A stretch of 64,000 bases of DNA from Nitrosopumilus sp. (lineage in GTDB: Archaea > Thermoproteota > Nitrososphaeria > Nitrososphaerales > Nitrosopumilaceae), in assembly GCA_965203315.1 (NCBI GenBank), contig OZ241857.1, positions 1,760,001 through 1,824,000 of the forward strand. The letters run 5' to 3'. Below the pieces are notes generated by a model. That model was given only the letters and a program-made list of their open reading frames with translations, was not told where the DNA came from and made no database searches. Every line of letters begins with the position of its first letter. The stretch's first letter is position 1. Positions 41,355-52,873 of this stretch are shown piece after piece. Position numbers and translations under genes: made by a program.

Positions 41355-42296
41355 ATGGTGTCTTGTATACAAGCTAGTCATATATCAAAGACATATGGCT
41401 CATTGCTGGCAGTCGATGATCTAAACCTCTTGGTTAAACCTGGTCAAGTCTTTGGATTCTTGGGTCCAAACGGCGCTGGTAAATCTACTACGATCAAACT
41501 ACTCACCACACTTGTGCCTCCAACTAGCGGTTCGCTTGAGATTTTAGGCATTGATGCCATCAATAATCCACTTGATGTTCGTCACAAGATCGGAGTCGTG
41601 TTACAACAACCTAGCTACGAGCCAACTCTCTCTGTTGAAAAAGCTCTCAACAAATATGGTATCATGTGGAATGTACCCAAGGAACAACGTCAACAGCGAC
41701 TCGAACAGTTATTGATCGATTTTGATCTAGTTGAGATACGTAAGAAACGAAACGAAGATCTCTCTATAGGCCAACGTAGACGTGTCCAAGTTGCACGTGA
41801 GTTTATGCATGATATGGATCTCTTGTTTCTGGATGAACCCACTGTGGGACTTGATCCTAATGCTAGACGAAATCTTCTCGATTATCTAAAGAACAAGGTC
41901 CGCTCTGGACTATCTATCTTTTATACAACACACATACTAACTGAAGCCGAATACATGTGTGACGAGATTGCAATAATTGACAAGGGGAGACTCTTGACAG
42001 TCAATACGCCTGATGCATTAAAGTCCAAGTTTGGCAAAGAGAAGACAATAAAGATTCATCTGGTTTCTAGACCCCGTGGTATTGTTGAGCTGTTGTCTAG
42101 TATATCTGATTGCACAGTTGACCCTGACGATGAGACTGAACTAGTTATAAGATCAAACCAGTCAGAGATGGTTCTACTTCAAACTTTGCAGATATTAAAT
42201 GAACATAAAATTGAGATCGAAGATCTCTCTGCCGTACCTACAAACCTAGAAGATGTATTTCTAAAGATGGTGAGGAATAACGCATCCAATAATTAG
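41355..42296 (+). CDS. ABC-2 type transporter ATP-binding protein
   Basis: GPNGAGKST, LSIGQRRR, LFLDEPTVGLD; start taken as ATG 41355. Confidence 0.93.
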   Translation: MVSCIQASHISKTYGSLLAVDDLNLLVKPGQVFGFLGPNGAGKSTTIKLLTTLVPPTSGSLEILGIDAINNPLDVRHKIGVVLQQPSYEPTLSVEKALNKYGIMWNVPKEQRQQRLEQLLIDFDLVEIRKKRNEDLSIGQRRRVQVAREFMHDMDLLFLDEPTVGLDPNARRNLLDYLKNKVRSGLSIFYTTHILTEAEYMCDEIAIIDKGRLLTVNTPDALKSKFGKEKTIKIHLVSRPRGIVELLSSISDCTVDPDDETELVIRSNQSEMVLLQTLQILNEHKIEIEDLSAVPTNLEDVFLKMVRNNASNN

Positions 42297-43041
42297 ACTG
42301 GTTGATAGAAATCTCACAATCTCTCTAAATCCGGGATTTCTGATCTGGCAAGTGATCTTCCCATTGATCTACATATTTGTTGCTGGATTTGCTTATGCAC
42401 CGCTGATTCAAGACATTCCTTTAGGTACAAGAGATCTAGACTATCCTGCATTTTTGGCTTCAGGAATGATCGGATTTAACATAATGAACAGTACACTGAT
42501 ATCTGGAATAATAATCTGGAATGATCGTAGACATGGAATGTTTGAACAGATAATGTCTGGTCCATTTACTCGTAGCCACTATATTCTTAGTAATATCTGT
42601 ACAATCGGAATCATTGGACTGATAAGCGCATCTCTTATTACAGCTGTTGGTTATCCTGTATTCTTTGATTCTGTTTCTTTTTCATTTGTTACCATACCGA
42701 TGATCATATTTGGTTCAGTTGTAGGTTCAGTGTTGTTTGGTTCATTAGCGTCGATAATATCTACTAGACTGAAATCTAGTGAAGGCTTTAATGTTATAAT
42801 AAACACCGTCTTTCTCTTTTTTGCATTTCTCAGTAGCGCATTTTATCCTGCAGAGAGCGCTCCTGAACCACTCCGTACCATATTCTATCTAAATCCGCTC
42901 ACATATTTGGTTGATATTATTAGAGCTGGAATCTTTGGAGTAATAACAGAGTTTGTCTTGTACGAACTAGTGATCCTAGCTAGTCTCGCAACTATATTTT
43001 TCGTGATTGCGTCAAAGTTACTGACAAGACTCGACTTTTAG
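42280..43041 (+). CDS. ABC-2 type transporter permease (start uncertain: ACG 42280 or GTG 42352)
   Basis: Multiple TM helices, SSAFYP and NPLTYLVDIIR; frame open back to a TGA at 42271. Confidence 0.88.
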   Translation, partial: THPIIRLVDRNLTISLNPGFLIWQVIFPLIYIFVAGFAYAPLIQDIPLGTRDLDYPAFLASGMIGFNIMNSTLISGIIIWNDRRHGMFEQIMSGPFTRSHYILSNICTIGIIGLISASLITAVGYPVFFDSVSFSFVTIPMIIFGSVVGSVLFGSLASIISTRLKSSEGFNVIINTVFLFFAFLSSAFYPAESAPEPLRTIFYLNPLTYLVDIIRAGIFGVITEFVLYELVILASLATIFFVIASKLLTRLDF

Positions 43042-43115
43042 AGAATGATGGTACAAATACACGTACAGAATCAAGATATCACAAACTAAGACTGTCTCAA
43101 TCTGATTATGCTAGA

Positions 43116-43188
43116 TAGCCCGGTTCAGATTCGAACTGAAGTCTAGGGCTCCAAAGGCCCTCATGCTTGACCGCTACACTACCGGGCT
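43116..43188 (-). tRNA. tRNA-Gln (TTG)
   Basis: Reverse complement AGCCCGGTAGTGTAGCGGTCAAGCATGAGGGCCTTTGGAGCCCTAGACTTCAGTTCGAATCTGAACCGGGCTA folds as a cloverleaf. Confidence 0.95.
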
Positions 43189-43599
43189 AACAAGATCAAA
43201 TACTGTATCTCCCTTAATGAACTTTAAAGAACTAGTTTGATCTAAATTCGTCTATTTTACATCTCTTCGAGATCTACAAATCTAGAGTTGGAGTTTAGCG
43301 TCTATATTGGATCTTGATATACAAATCCATATTGATTCACATTTTGTATCTTAGATGATTACCACATGTCAACCACAATTGTGATCTGCTAGTACGATCT
43401 GATTGTCACTGCAAAAGTATGATCATTGTCATAACCATTGTTTTTCATAGATCCATTAACACAATCTCGTTATCTTGTGATTGCTTTATTCTACAAGAGA
43501 TCCCAAGTTTAACACCTGCATCCGGATTTCTTGTAGTTTTCGATTTTTGACTATTGTGATTGTTCAATAAGTTTTTCTTACTCTATATCGTGAGTGTAG

Positions 43600-44739
43600 A
43601 TGATGGTCGGAACAAAGGTTGTCATTTATGGTCTCAGTACCGAGGGATATGGACTAGCTGCACAGTTGGCAATAGGCGGAGCTGATGTCTATGTCATCGA
43701 CGAATCCGCATCATCAGCATTCTCACTTAATGTTGAGATAGCCAAAAAATACTCTGTCTCTTCAATTAAAGAGGATGATCTCTTGCTTGACGTAATTCCG
43801 ATCGACATTGTAGTATCTGACGCAAAATATCTCTTCTTTACGCCACGTGTACGAAAGAGTGGTGATGACACCAAGACTGAGATCAATTCTAAGTTCAAAG
43901 ATGCTGTATCTGCACTAAAGAAGGATAGTGCTGTCGTCTTTGGACTACCTACTTGTTTTGGTGGTAGCGTTGAGACTATCACTTTGTTAGAGCACATTAC
44001 GGGATTTGAGGTTGGAAACCAGATATCATACTTTTATTACCCTCTAGAGGATATTGACCAACAACCACATGTTATTGGCTCATTTAACGCTAATCCAGAT
44101 CCTACACTCAATAACTTACTCTCAATTAATGATCAATCCAAAAAATTTGTCACAATTCCATCATCTGAATATTTTCATGGCATGAATGTTTTGTCTAAAT
44201 TCCTAAATCTTTCTAGCATGCTTGAAATAACAAAACATGTACGTGAAGACGCTCATATATCAGACTTTGTGTCTGATGATCTAGGTAATGTCTTTTTAGA
44301 TGATATGTTGGATGGATTGTTTGATCTACGGTTGTTACAATCTTCATTTGAAGGACAAAATACCATGACATTTCTATTTAGTGGCATCAACAAATCTCTA
44401 GACTATTATATCAAACTGCTCATCGATCAAATTCGCTCTACACTCAAAGATTATAAACTCAAAGCTAGTCGTACCAAACTTGTACTGTTGTGGAATATAG
44501 ATCAGTATTCTATACGTAACAATAAAACTATGATGTTACATTCGTTAAGGACTAAACTTCGCGACTATATAGGAGACGTCGAGATACGTGAACGTCTAGA
44601 CTTTGATCCGTTTCATATGGACAAGACAACCATGGTCGTTACTTGCTCTAATGCAGATTTTGATTATATGATGAAGGTACGTGAAGACTATGATATTATA
44701 ATCATCAAAGCAAATCCATTCTGTCAAGTCGTCCGTTAA
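43600..44739 (+). CDS. divergent nucleotide-sugar dehydrogenase-like protein
   Basis: Degenerate Rossmann start KVVIYGLSTEGY; layout resembles UDP-sugar 6-dehydrogenases but catalytic motifs are not clear. Confidence 0.5.
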   Translation: MMVGTKVVIYGLSTEGYGLAAQLAIGGADVYVIDESASSAFSLNVEIAKKYSVSSIKEDDLLLDVIPIDIVVSDAKYLFFTPRVRKSGDDTKTEINSKFKDAVSALKKDSAVVFGLPTCFGGSVETITLLEHITGFEVGNQISYFYYPLEDIDQQPHVIGSFNANPDPTLNNLLSINDQSKKFVTIPSSEYFHGMNVLSKFLNLSSMLEITKHVREDAHISDFVSDDLGNVFLDDMLDGLFDLRLLQSSFEGQNTMTFLFSGINKSLDYYIKLLIDQIRSTLKDYKLKASRTKLVLLWNIDQYSIRNNKTMMLHSLRTKLRDYIGDVEIRERLDFDPFHMDKTTMVVTCSNADFDYMMKVREDYDIIIIKANPFCQVVR

Positions 44740-45200
44740 TCTATCTTGTACACACATACGATGATGATTCAAATATACACATAGAATTATCGATGTCAAC
44801 GCAAATCTGGTCTTAACTAGACAAAAATAGAAAGATCTACAAGAGGTACATAAAATTGGAAGCCCGAATTTGAGGCTAGATTGGCAGACTAGACCTAACA
44901 TATTCTTGCACGATAGATATTCTACAAATGAACAAGTTGTTCACTAGGGTTAAATACAAACTTTTGATGATAATATCAATAACATGTATAATTGTACAGG
45001 TTGTACAAGTGCTTGTAAAGTTATCCGACATGACCTTTTACAGTCTATTGGTCTACGTACCTACTTCACATCTCTTGTATCAAGTATCTTGTGAATGAGT
45101 AATATTGTATAATGCAAGAGTCGAGAATGAAGGAGTAGAGATCAGCGTATGTTGTCATTGACACTGTATGTAGATATCACTATGCATTATTATATCATAT

Positions 45201-45218
45201 AAAAAAAGAAAAAAAAAA
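45201..45218 (-). terminator. oligo(T) terminator of the S-layer gene
   Basis: T10-C-T7 on the minus strand just after the stop codon. Confidence 0.7.
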
Positions 45219-45226
45219 GGTTTGAA

Positions 45227-48200
45227 CTAGTTTACAGTTATTGTTGTTGTCTGTTGTGGAGATAGTGCAGTTGGTATAGTCAACGACTCCCATGCAAATA
45301 CGGTGATTGTGTATTCACCGGATGCAGTTGGTATCCACGACTGAGATGGACTAAACGACTGAGATGGTGTTAGTGAACCATCAATCCAAGACAGAGATAC
45401 TGTAACACCATCGCTATCTTGAATTTGTACCAAGTATGCAAATGGTTGGTCTTTGTCTTGTGTGTTTGTCAAATCTGCAGTGATCTGGACTTGTTGATCT
45501 ATTGATACCGTACTGAGTGTTGTACCTGTAGAGTCTACTATTCTCAACGACTCGATCTTTACTCGTTCTAGAGGAGGTACTATTGTTCCTATTATGGTGG
45601 TTGCAGTGATGTCTTCAGAGTCGCCTGTATTGTACGGAGCAGGTAGAGTGTTGTCGCTGTACTTTGCAGTGACTGTGTCTCCTTCTTCTGTGGATAGTTT
45701 GTGACCGCCTGATTGGACAGAGAGTCCAAAGAATACAGTACCTTCAAAGATACCACTTGCTGGTTGAGTCTCTGTTACTGTAAGGGTTATTCCACTAGGT
45801 GCACTAGAAGACCATACTTTGACCTCAAAGTTGTCTGCAGATTCTGGATTCAAGTTCATGTCGGGATCGATTACACGTAGTACGCCTGTAGCTGTAGCAG
45901 GATAACTTGCTTCTAGCCACTGAACTTCACCAATGTTCCAACGGATTAGAGCAGACTTGCGTACAGTCTCGTCGTCAGAGAACTCGAATGATACCTCGAG
46001 TCCGTCGTCGTTGTCTGTTGGTAATAGTCCATCGGTTGGTCCGTTACATCTATCACATGTACGACCTGTGACGTCTTTACCATTATAGCCTGTAGAGTTA
46101 TCATCATCTACGTCATATGAGAATCCTGTCAGTATTACTTCACCTGTAAAGATACCAGTGTTTGTACCTGTCTCTACGAGTTTGTAGTTTTTAATGTCGT
46201 CGGATCTTGTAGCAACACGTACCGGATATGGATCAGCACCAATCTCGTCTACTTGGTTTGTGTTTAGGTTGTGATCAGGAGCTGTTACAGTAATGAATAC
46301 CTTGTCGGTCCAACTGTATACGCTTTGATCTAGTTCTATTGTAGCACCAAAGTTTGATGTGAATACCGTTCTGTCGATATCTTCTGTATTATCACCTACA
46401 TAGTCTGCACCTGATGGTCCATAGTCTGTGTATTCTAGCTTGATCTCTTCGCCTCGTTCTAGTCTGTCGTTGTCTATGGCCTTGGGAACAGATATGACCA
46501 CTTGGAAGATACCTGTGCTAGGACCAGTCTCTCGTAGAGAGCCTGGTTCTGCATCGAATATACCTTCACTCAGATTCTTGGTACCTGCGTCCGAGTCCCA
46601 TTTGATCAGATCAAGTGTATATGTTTCACGTGTACCGCTGTCTAGATCAAGGTCTGGATCGATGAGTGTTACGATCATGTCCGAGCCTATAACGTATACA
46701 GACTTGTCTGTCTGTAGAGCACCGTTTCGTAGATCAAAGGTAGCAGAGTCTGTGACTGTGCGTGGGTTACCAGAAGCATCTGTTGTGTCGTTGTACTGTA
46801 CGGTGAGGATATCACCTTGTAGGATGCATGTACGGCTTGTCGTACCGTCAGATATTGTTCTACTTGGACAGTCACTACCACTTGGTCCATCTATGTAAGA
46901 TAGATCAAAGCTTACTTCAAAGACTCCAGATTCAGGAGATGTCTCTGTTAGAGCACCCAAATTCTTTGGATCACATGTACCAGTATCTCGAGCATTAGTG
47001 TACCTTAACTCTGCCAAGAGATATTCGGTATATTTTGTAGCCTTTTCAGTAGGATCTGTAGCATCAGCATGTGCCTTTTTTGCGGCATCTCGCTTTCGTT
47101 CCAACTGACTAACCTCGTCGTTTGCCTCTGATGTAGTGCCACCTGCATGACCTATTAAACACTCATCACCACTGCGAGAGACTGTTATCTTGACTGGTCC
47201 GTTTCCAGACATGCCTTCGATCTTGTCCTCGCCTGTAGGATTCAAGTTGTAGTCTGGGTCGTTTACTTGAACATAGACTTTAACTGTACCAAGTGGAAGA
47301 TTCGTTCCGGCCATGTCTAGGGCTCTTGAACCAGTTGTTGTACCCTGACCATACGGAACTGGATATACAGTTCTATCTAGCGATACAGAGCCTGTACTTG
47401 CACCAATCGATGCAGAGTCACCAGCTGTGACTATCTGACCAGATGCATCTCTAAAGTCTAGATATGTTACGCCAATATCTTTGCCGCTTGTAGGTGTGTT
47501 AGGGTTTCTCGTGTTTACTGTATCGTCGTCATTAAAGTTGCATACTTGTTTTGGTATAGAAAATGAACCTGTAAAGACTCCTGTACTGGATCCGGTCTCT
47601 TGTAGAGTGAATCCGGTTTTAGCGAGTCCGTTCTGAATGTTATTATCTAGGTCACATGCGCCAGATTTCCATCTCTCACCACCAATGGTTACTTCGAGTA
47701 GCATTCCTAGTGATTTGCCACCTGGTAGTAGAGACTTGTACTTGATACCAGCTACATTGGTTACACTCATGCCTACTTGATCTCTATCTGTGTCATTGTG
47801 GTTACTGTCCATTACTACTGTATAGGTATCAGCACGATCAGGATCTGTATTCAGATCAGAGTCCTCTAGTGTTATTACGACATTGCTGCCTACACTGTAT
47901 GTCTCTGCATTCAGAGATACCACACCACTAGAGGTTGCGATATCTTGTTGATCAGAGACCACAGCCATGTTGCCGTTCGAGTCTATGTCTGCATAGTTTA
48001 CTCGCGCGTCAGAGCCTGTAATGTCCTCAAAGGCGATGAATTTGACTTCATTGCCTGTTGGTGTGATACTATCGAATATGTATGGAGTCTTTGGGTAGTT
48101 GTTGCCTTCCATATACGAACGATCATTCACTATCATATCGAGTTGGTTTATCATGATGTACTCTAGTGTTCCTGTAAAGGTACTAGTGTTCTCACCAGTC

Positions 48201-50515
48201 TCTTCTACCTCGACTCGTATAATCTGATTTGCAACTCTCTCACTTGCTTGTGCACCATCGTCATAGAATCCATACGAGAAGAAATCTGCGACTATGGGAT
48301 ATTCTTTGCCTTCAGTGATAGTAAATGATGGTGTGGCGTGGCCATTTCCGTCTTTGATTATTATTCCCAGTGTGACTTGAGCGCTAGTACCGACCTTTGA
48401 TAGAAATTCAGAACTAGATAGTGAATATTTTAGTTCATTGTTATTTCTATCTTCGACCATAAAGCCGGTTATGTCTCTAAGGCCGGAACGAGTATCATAT
48501 GCTGAGAGTTCACTTTTGCTATTGTCTAACAGTGTTCCAAAGTAAACAACATCTCCTGTACTGTTGTGTATGTTTAGATCAACACGCATGTTGTTTGTAT
48601 CAAAGACGCCAAAGTCATAGTTGAATAGATTTCGCCCCGTAAAGTTGCCTTTATTTGAACGGTCATCGTTAATCGATCCATGTAGATCTTCTAGCGTACC
48701 TAGAGGAATAGCAATCATCCCTCCAATGAAGAAGCCAGATGCTGGTCCCGCAAGTGAAAGTGGTTCGGTATCGCGAACATCATTTGAACCATTCCATGAC
48801 AGTATGCCTCTATGACTATCATCGACTCTAAAATCTAAGTCACGTATGTATGTCCTATCATCTGGATCTATCGGATATTTCTGCCAAGAAGTACCTGGTT
48901 GTGTATATGCATATGCAGAATTGTCTTTACTGTCCATTAGTGTACGTGGGTCACCTGTCATAAATGTCGGAATTCTTGACATTGGGTCAGATACCTTTTG
49001 ATCGTCTTCTGCATCACTGTCTTTGTTTTGATCTGCATCGACTATGGTTAGGTCGATCTTTTCGCCAGAGTTCCATGTGCCGTCTGCGATATCGAGGTTT
49101 ACTGTAGCAGAGGTGAGTCGTAGGTTTACTGGCACATTATCATCACCGTATGTAATCTGTGCGTTGGTGTTTCGTGGCGCATCAGACTTTGTCATTATTG
49201 AACCACCATCATCGGCAAATTCAAAGACGCCAGTGTTTGGTCCTGTCTCTTCGAATTTGAGTGATTGTATTGTACCAGAAGTGGCAAACACATGAGTTGG
49301 TCTAGTAAATTCTACTACTGGATCATCAGTAATCTTTAGGAGACAATCATTATCACAACCTAATGCACTAGTAGTTGTTACAAATTTAGTAAACTCGTCA
49401 TCACTATATTCAACATAAATTCTAATATGCTCATCGTCTCTAGTGGTGTCATTCACCATAAAATGCATTATATCTTTAGCAGTAGGATCGATATTCAGCA
49501 CATGGTCCGTGATCGTTGGATATATGTTGGCGCCTCGTGGATAATAGTCACGATCTAGCTCAAGTGAGTGATTTGTAGATTGGTCGTATCTCACGGTTAC
49601 AGTTTGTGGATTTCCAGGCTTGTAATAGACAACTTCTACCTCATCCCCATCATCGAGATCAAGATATTTGACCATATCTTCAGATATCTTTGTATCGTTG
49701 TCATTGTCAGCTCTTGTAAGGGGCAATTCACTCAGATATCTATCCCGATAGTGAGTTTGATTATTATTAGGCGATTGCTCATTTCGAGCCCCTAACCAAA
49801 TATGATCAAATTTAGATGTAAGTTTTGATATATTTGATATCTCTTCTTAAGGTGGGAAATGACGTGTATGATGCACGGGTCTTTGATGGATACCAGCGAG
49901 AATCAGTTGATCACCAGAATATCTTTGCTAGGGACGAAGTGCACATCAACGGAATGGAAGGGTTCTGGGGCTTTACAAAATTAAACATGGTGAAGCATCG
50001 TGGGGTGAGCTCAAAGAAATTCTTACTGTATCTCAAAGAGAGGGAGTGGTGATGCAAGAACCGAGAGTGCGATCTGTTTGATTTATTGATGCAATACACG
50101 CTTAGGGGCTCGAAATGAGCAATCGCCTATTATTAATATCGCCCACAGCGCTGCCATCAGTTATATCACCATCACCGTTACCATCTTTTCCAATATCTGC
50201 AAAATAGCCATACCAAGAACCATCTCCTGCATGTTGCATTTTGAGATCTTTACCATCAACTGTGACTCTAGGCATTCCGTCACCCATATCTGTCCGTAAT
50301 GGATCACTTACAATAACCTCCACATACTGGATACCGCCAAAGGTATTGTCGAATCTAGATCCGTATCCGTTTGGATCAGCAGCTGAGACGTATAGGTTTG
50401 GTGTCGACTGGGCATATACTGGCTCCATGCTGGGTATAGCAAAGGTCAGTCCGCCTGCGACCATTATCATCATTAGTATTAAACTAGTTGTTTTTCGTCC
50501 TATTTCGTTATTCAT
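45227..50515 (-). pseudogene. S-layer protein (SlaA-like) interrupted by an IS1595-derived element; 1640 aa if the element is excised
   Basis: N-terminus MNNEIGRKTTSLILMMIMVAGGLTFAIP; repeated ETGxxTGxF Ig-like motifs; C-terminus QPFAYLVQIQD...PTALSP; the two pieces join in frame on removing 49770-50127 plus one TSD. Confidence 0.88.
49770..50127 (+). mobile_element. 358-bp non-autonomous IS1595-family derivative
   Basis: 26-bp perfect TIR GGCGATTGCTCATTTCGAGCCCCTAA; 8-bp TSD TATTATTA (49762-49769, 50128-50135); internal transposase remnant VDHQNIFARDEVHINGMEGFW...YLKEREW (49825-50052). Confidence 0.93.
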
Positions 50516-50528
50516 GTTATTAATTTAT

Positions 50529-50549
50529 CCCCCCCCCGTGCCATATAAA
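50529..50549 (-). promoter_or_regulatory. TATA box followed by a G9 homopolymer (S-layer promoter)
   Basis: Minus strand reads TTTATA-TGGCAC-G9-ATAAATTAATAAC-ATG. Confidence 0.75.
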
Positions 50550-50592
50550 GACTATGAACAATTCGTTCACTGACGTTTACGTGAGAATTATT

Positions 50593-50769
50593 GGCTCTGT
50601 TCAGTTTACGTGAGTTGAGATCGTGATGAGGTTATCTCAAAGAACGTACAATATGAGACTCAAAACAGTAGCAATTTACGATAGACGGTACAAACCCGTT
50701 TCCATATTTTGCAAAATTTTTCGAGAATTTTGTGCAGAGAATGCCAACTCCCGTCAATTGAACAGAACA
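50593..50769. mobile_element. MITE family A, copy 3 (inverted) with TSD
   Basis: GGCTCTGTTCAGTTTACG...CGTCAATTGAACAGAACA; GAATTATT at 50585-50592 and 50770-50777. Confidence 0.88.
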
Positions 50770-51653
50770 GAATTATTCACTGTCCATTTGGTTCACCACT
50801 CAGTGCGTCTCTCATTTCATCTCAATCAACGTTTCACATTACGTTAGAAGACTCGAGTTCGAATCACATCTGTGCATGTTGTTTTGATGTGGTGTATGAC
50901 ACGATCGATTTTCCGATTTTCAATACATCATATACTGCGTAGTGACCGGTATTGAAAACCGTCTGCTTGTAAGAGTTGTACACATCACACATATTCATCT
51001 CAGTCACAGGTTGCGAGTATCCAATTATCTACAGATATTGGTTTGATTTACATGTACACAGATCTCGTTGTGTAGATTGTTCCCACGTATTGTGTCCTAG
51101 ACAGTTTCATCAGATGTAGATACAAAACTGTATTCGGTAACTCGAGATGTTTCTGGACAAATCCTAAACGAATCAATTTACCAAATGTCCATAGAGTAGA
51201 GTATCTAATCCACAAGCATCGTATTCGCAAAGATGTGTAATCTATCAACCATACAACTTTTTTGTATAATCCCCCCAGATATCTCTTTTCTGAATACCTG
51301 TCGTTGGAATTCTTGGCCGGTAAAGAGAACAGCAATCTTTGGTATGATAGTTCATTTGCGATTGATGTATTTTTACGCAATACAGAGTGTCAGAATTGAA
51401 TTTGAACATATCGTTGATCAAGTTATTTATTTTGCTATTGTGTGTATTTCGTCTAGTTCCAATTGAGAGATAATTTACGAACTCTAAATCAATAGATTTA
51501 GTTGTACACACATCAAAATAGATGTACGTTCGATAAATACCAGTCAACATACACGATATCTGAATCACAAACAGTCCTTTACAAAAATACATGTCTCTAG
51601 ATATTACTCGTTATATCTCAAGACTTTAAACTAATGACTAGATATCAATTATC

Positions 51654-52058
51654 ATGTCATCAGATACAGAGATGATCATGAATGTTATCGAGACACTCTT
51701 TGATGCAGGTAAAACAAAAGATCTCTCAAGACTTCGAGAGATACATGTGAATGATCCTAGATTCTCAAGTTTTAGCGATCTGCCACCATACGACTGTAAA
51801 GACTATGCAACCACTATCGAACTAGAAGAGTTACGTTTTGTTAGTATCTCAGATTATACATATGATATTAAAAGCTCCAAGATCAGTATCTGGGGAGATG
51901 CAGCTGTTGTCGCCATCGAACTAACACAACATGGAATGCTAGTAGACAATAAGGCATACACAGGGAGGCAATTGATCATAAACGGACGAGCAACATTTGT
52001 CTTGGTCAGACAGAACACATGGAAGATCGCTCATATTCACCTGTCTCAGATAGACTAG
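51654..52058 (+). CDS. NTF2/SnoaL-like protein
   Basis: GDAAVV...GRATFVLVRQNTWKIAHIHLS. Confidence 0.85.
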   Translation: MSSDTEMIMNVIETLFDAGKTKDLSRLREIHVNDPRFSSFSDLPPYDCKDYATTIELEELRFVSISDYTYDIKSSKISIWGDAAVVAIELTQHGMLVDNKAYTGRQLIINGRATFVLVRQNTWKIAHIHLSQID

Positions 52059-52059
52059 A

Positions 52060-52842
52060 TCACTTTGACAAGTTTTCATACAGTTTCCATGCAGAGTCTA
52101 CATCAAGGTTTCCGTGAACAATTCCCCTAATGGCTCGAATCATCGCTACAGGATGGTCTGACTGCCAAATGTTACGGCCCATATCTACGCCCACGGCACC
52201 ACCACGAATCGCACTATATGTGAGTGTCATGGCATCTCGCTCTGGAATCTTTTTTCCACCAGCAACGATGATCGGTACCGGGCACGACCGGACGACTCGC
52301 TCAAAGTCTTCACAATAGTAAGTTTTTACGATATGTGCGCCTTGTTCTGCAGCTATGCGGCATGCCAATGAGAGATATCTAGCATCCTTGCCCAACTCTT
52401 TGCCAACTGCAGTAACTGCAAGAACCGGTAGCCCATATTGTTGTGCCTCACTTACGAGTTTTCCTAGATTGCTGATAGTCTGATACTCGTACTTTGAGCC
52501 AACGAATATTGACATTGCAAGTGCTGTGGCGTTTAGGCGTATTGCATCGTGGATCGATACTGTAATGTCTTCTTTTGAGAGGTCTTCACCTATTATACTA
52601 GATCCTCCAGACACACGCAAGACCATCGGCGTGTCTGTGGTAGGTACAACTGACGTTCGCATGATTCCACGCGTAAGCATCAACGAGTCACAGTACTTTA
52701 AGAGTGGCGCAATAACTTTGCTTGGATTCTCTAGACGTTCTGTAGGACCAAGAAAATAACCATGATCTACAGCAAGCATTAGAGCACGATTGTTACGTCG
52801 TATTATACGTGATATTCTGTTTGCTAATCCCCAGTCCATCAA
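52060..52842 (-). CDS. lsrF: class I aldolase / LsrF-like thiolase
   Basis: MDWGLANR, MLAVDHGYFLGPT, AHIVKTYY, AGGKK, GVDMGRNIWQS. Confidence 0.85.
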   Translation of the reverse strand: MMDWGLANRISRIIRRNNRALMLAVDHGYFLGPTERLENPSKVIAPLLKYCDSLMLTRGIMRTSVVPTTDTPMVLRVSGGSSIIGEDLSKEDITVSIHDAIRLNATALAMSIFVGSKYEYQTISNLGKLVSEAQQYGLPVLAVTAVGKELGKDARYLSLACRIAAEQGAHIVKTYYCEDFERVVRSCPVPIIVAGGKKIPERDAMTLTYSAIRGGAVGVDMGRNIWQSDHPVAMIRAIRGIVHGNLDVDSAWKLYENLSK

Positions 52843-52873
52843 GAGATCACCGTATCAACCCGACATATACGTC

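Noticed and set aside
43116-43188. tRNA genes as integration sites of an island
   Set aside because: I saw no duplicated tRNA 3' end (att site) and no integrase in the window
44984-45021. Short TTGTACA-type repeats downstream of the dehydrogenase-like gene
   Set aside because: Only 3-4 irregular copies, too weak to distinguish from chance in AT-rich DNA
49755-50145. Removal of the S-layer insertion as an archaeal bulge-helix-bulge intron
   Set aside because: The TIRs would pair in the mRNA, but I could not build a 4-bp central helix with two 3-nt bulges from the flanks; RNA-seq junction reads would settle it
50780-51600. Several 75-115-aa ORFs upstream of the S-layer promoter
   Set aside because: They overlap in conflicting frames with no motifs; probably non-coding or decayed sequence
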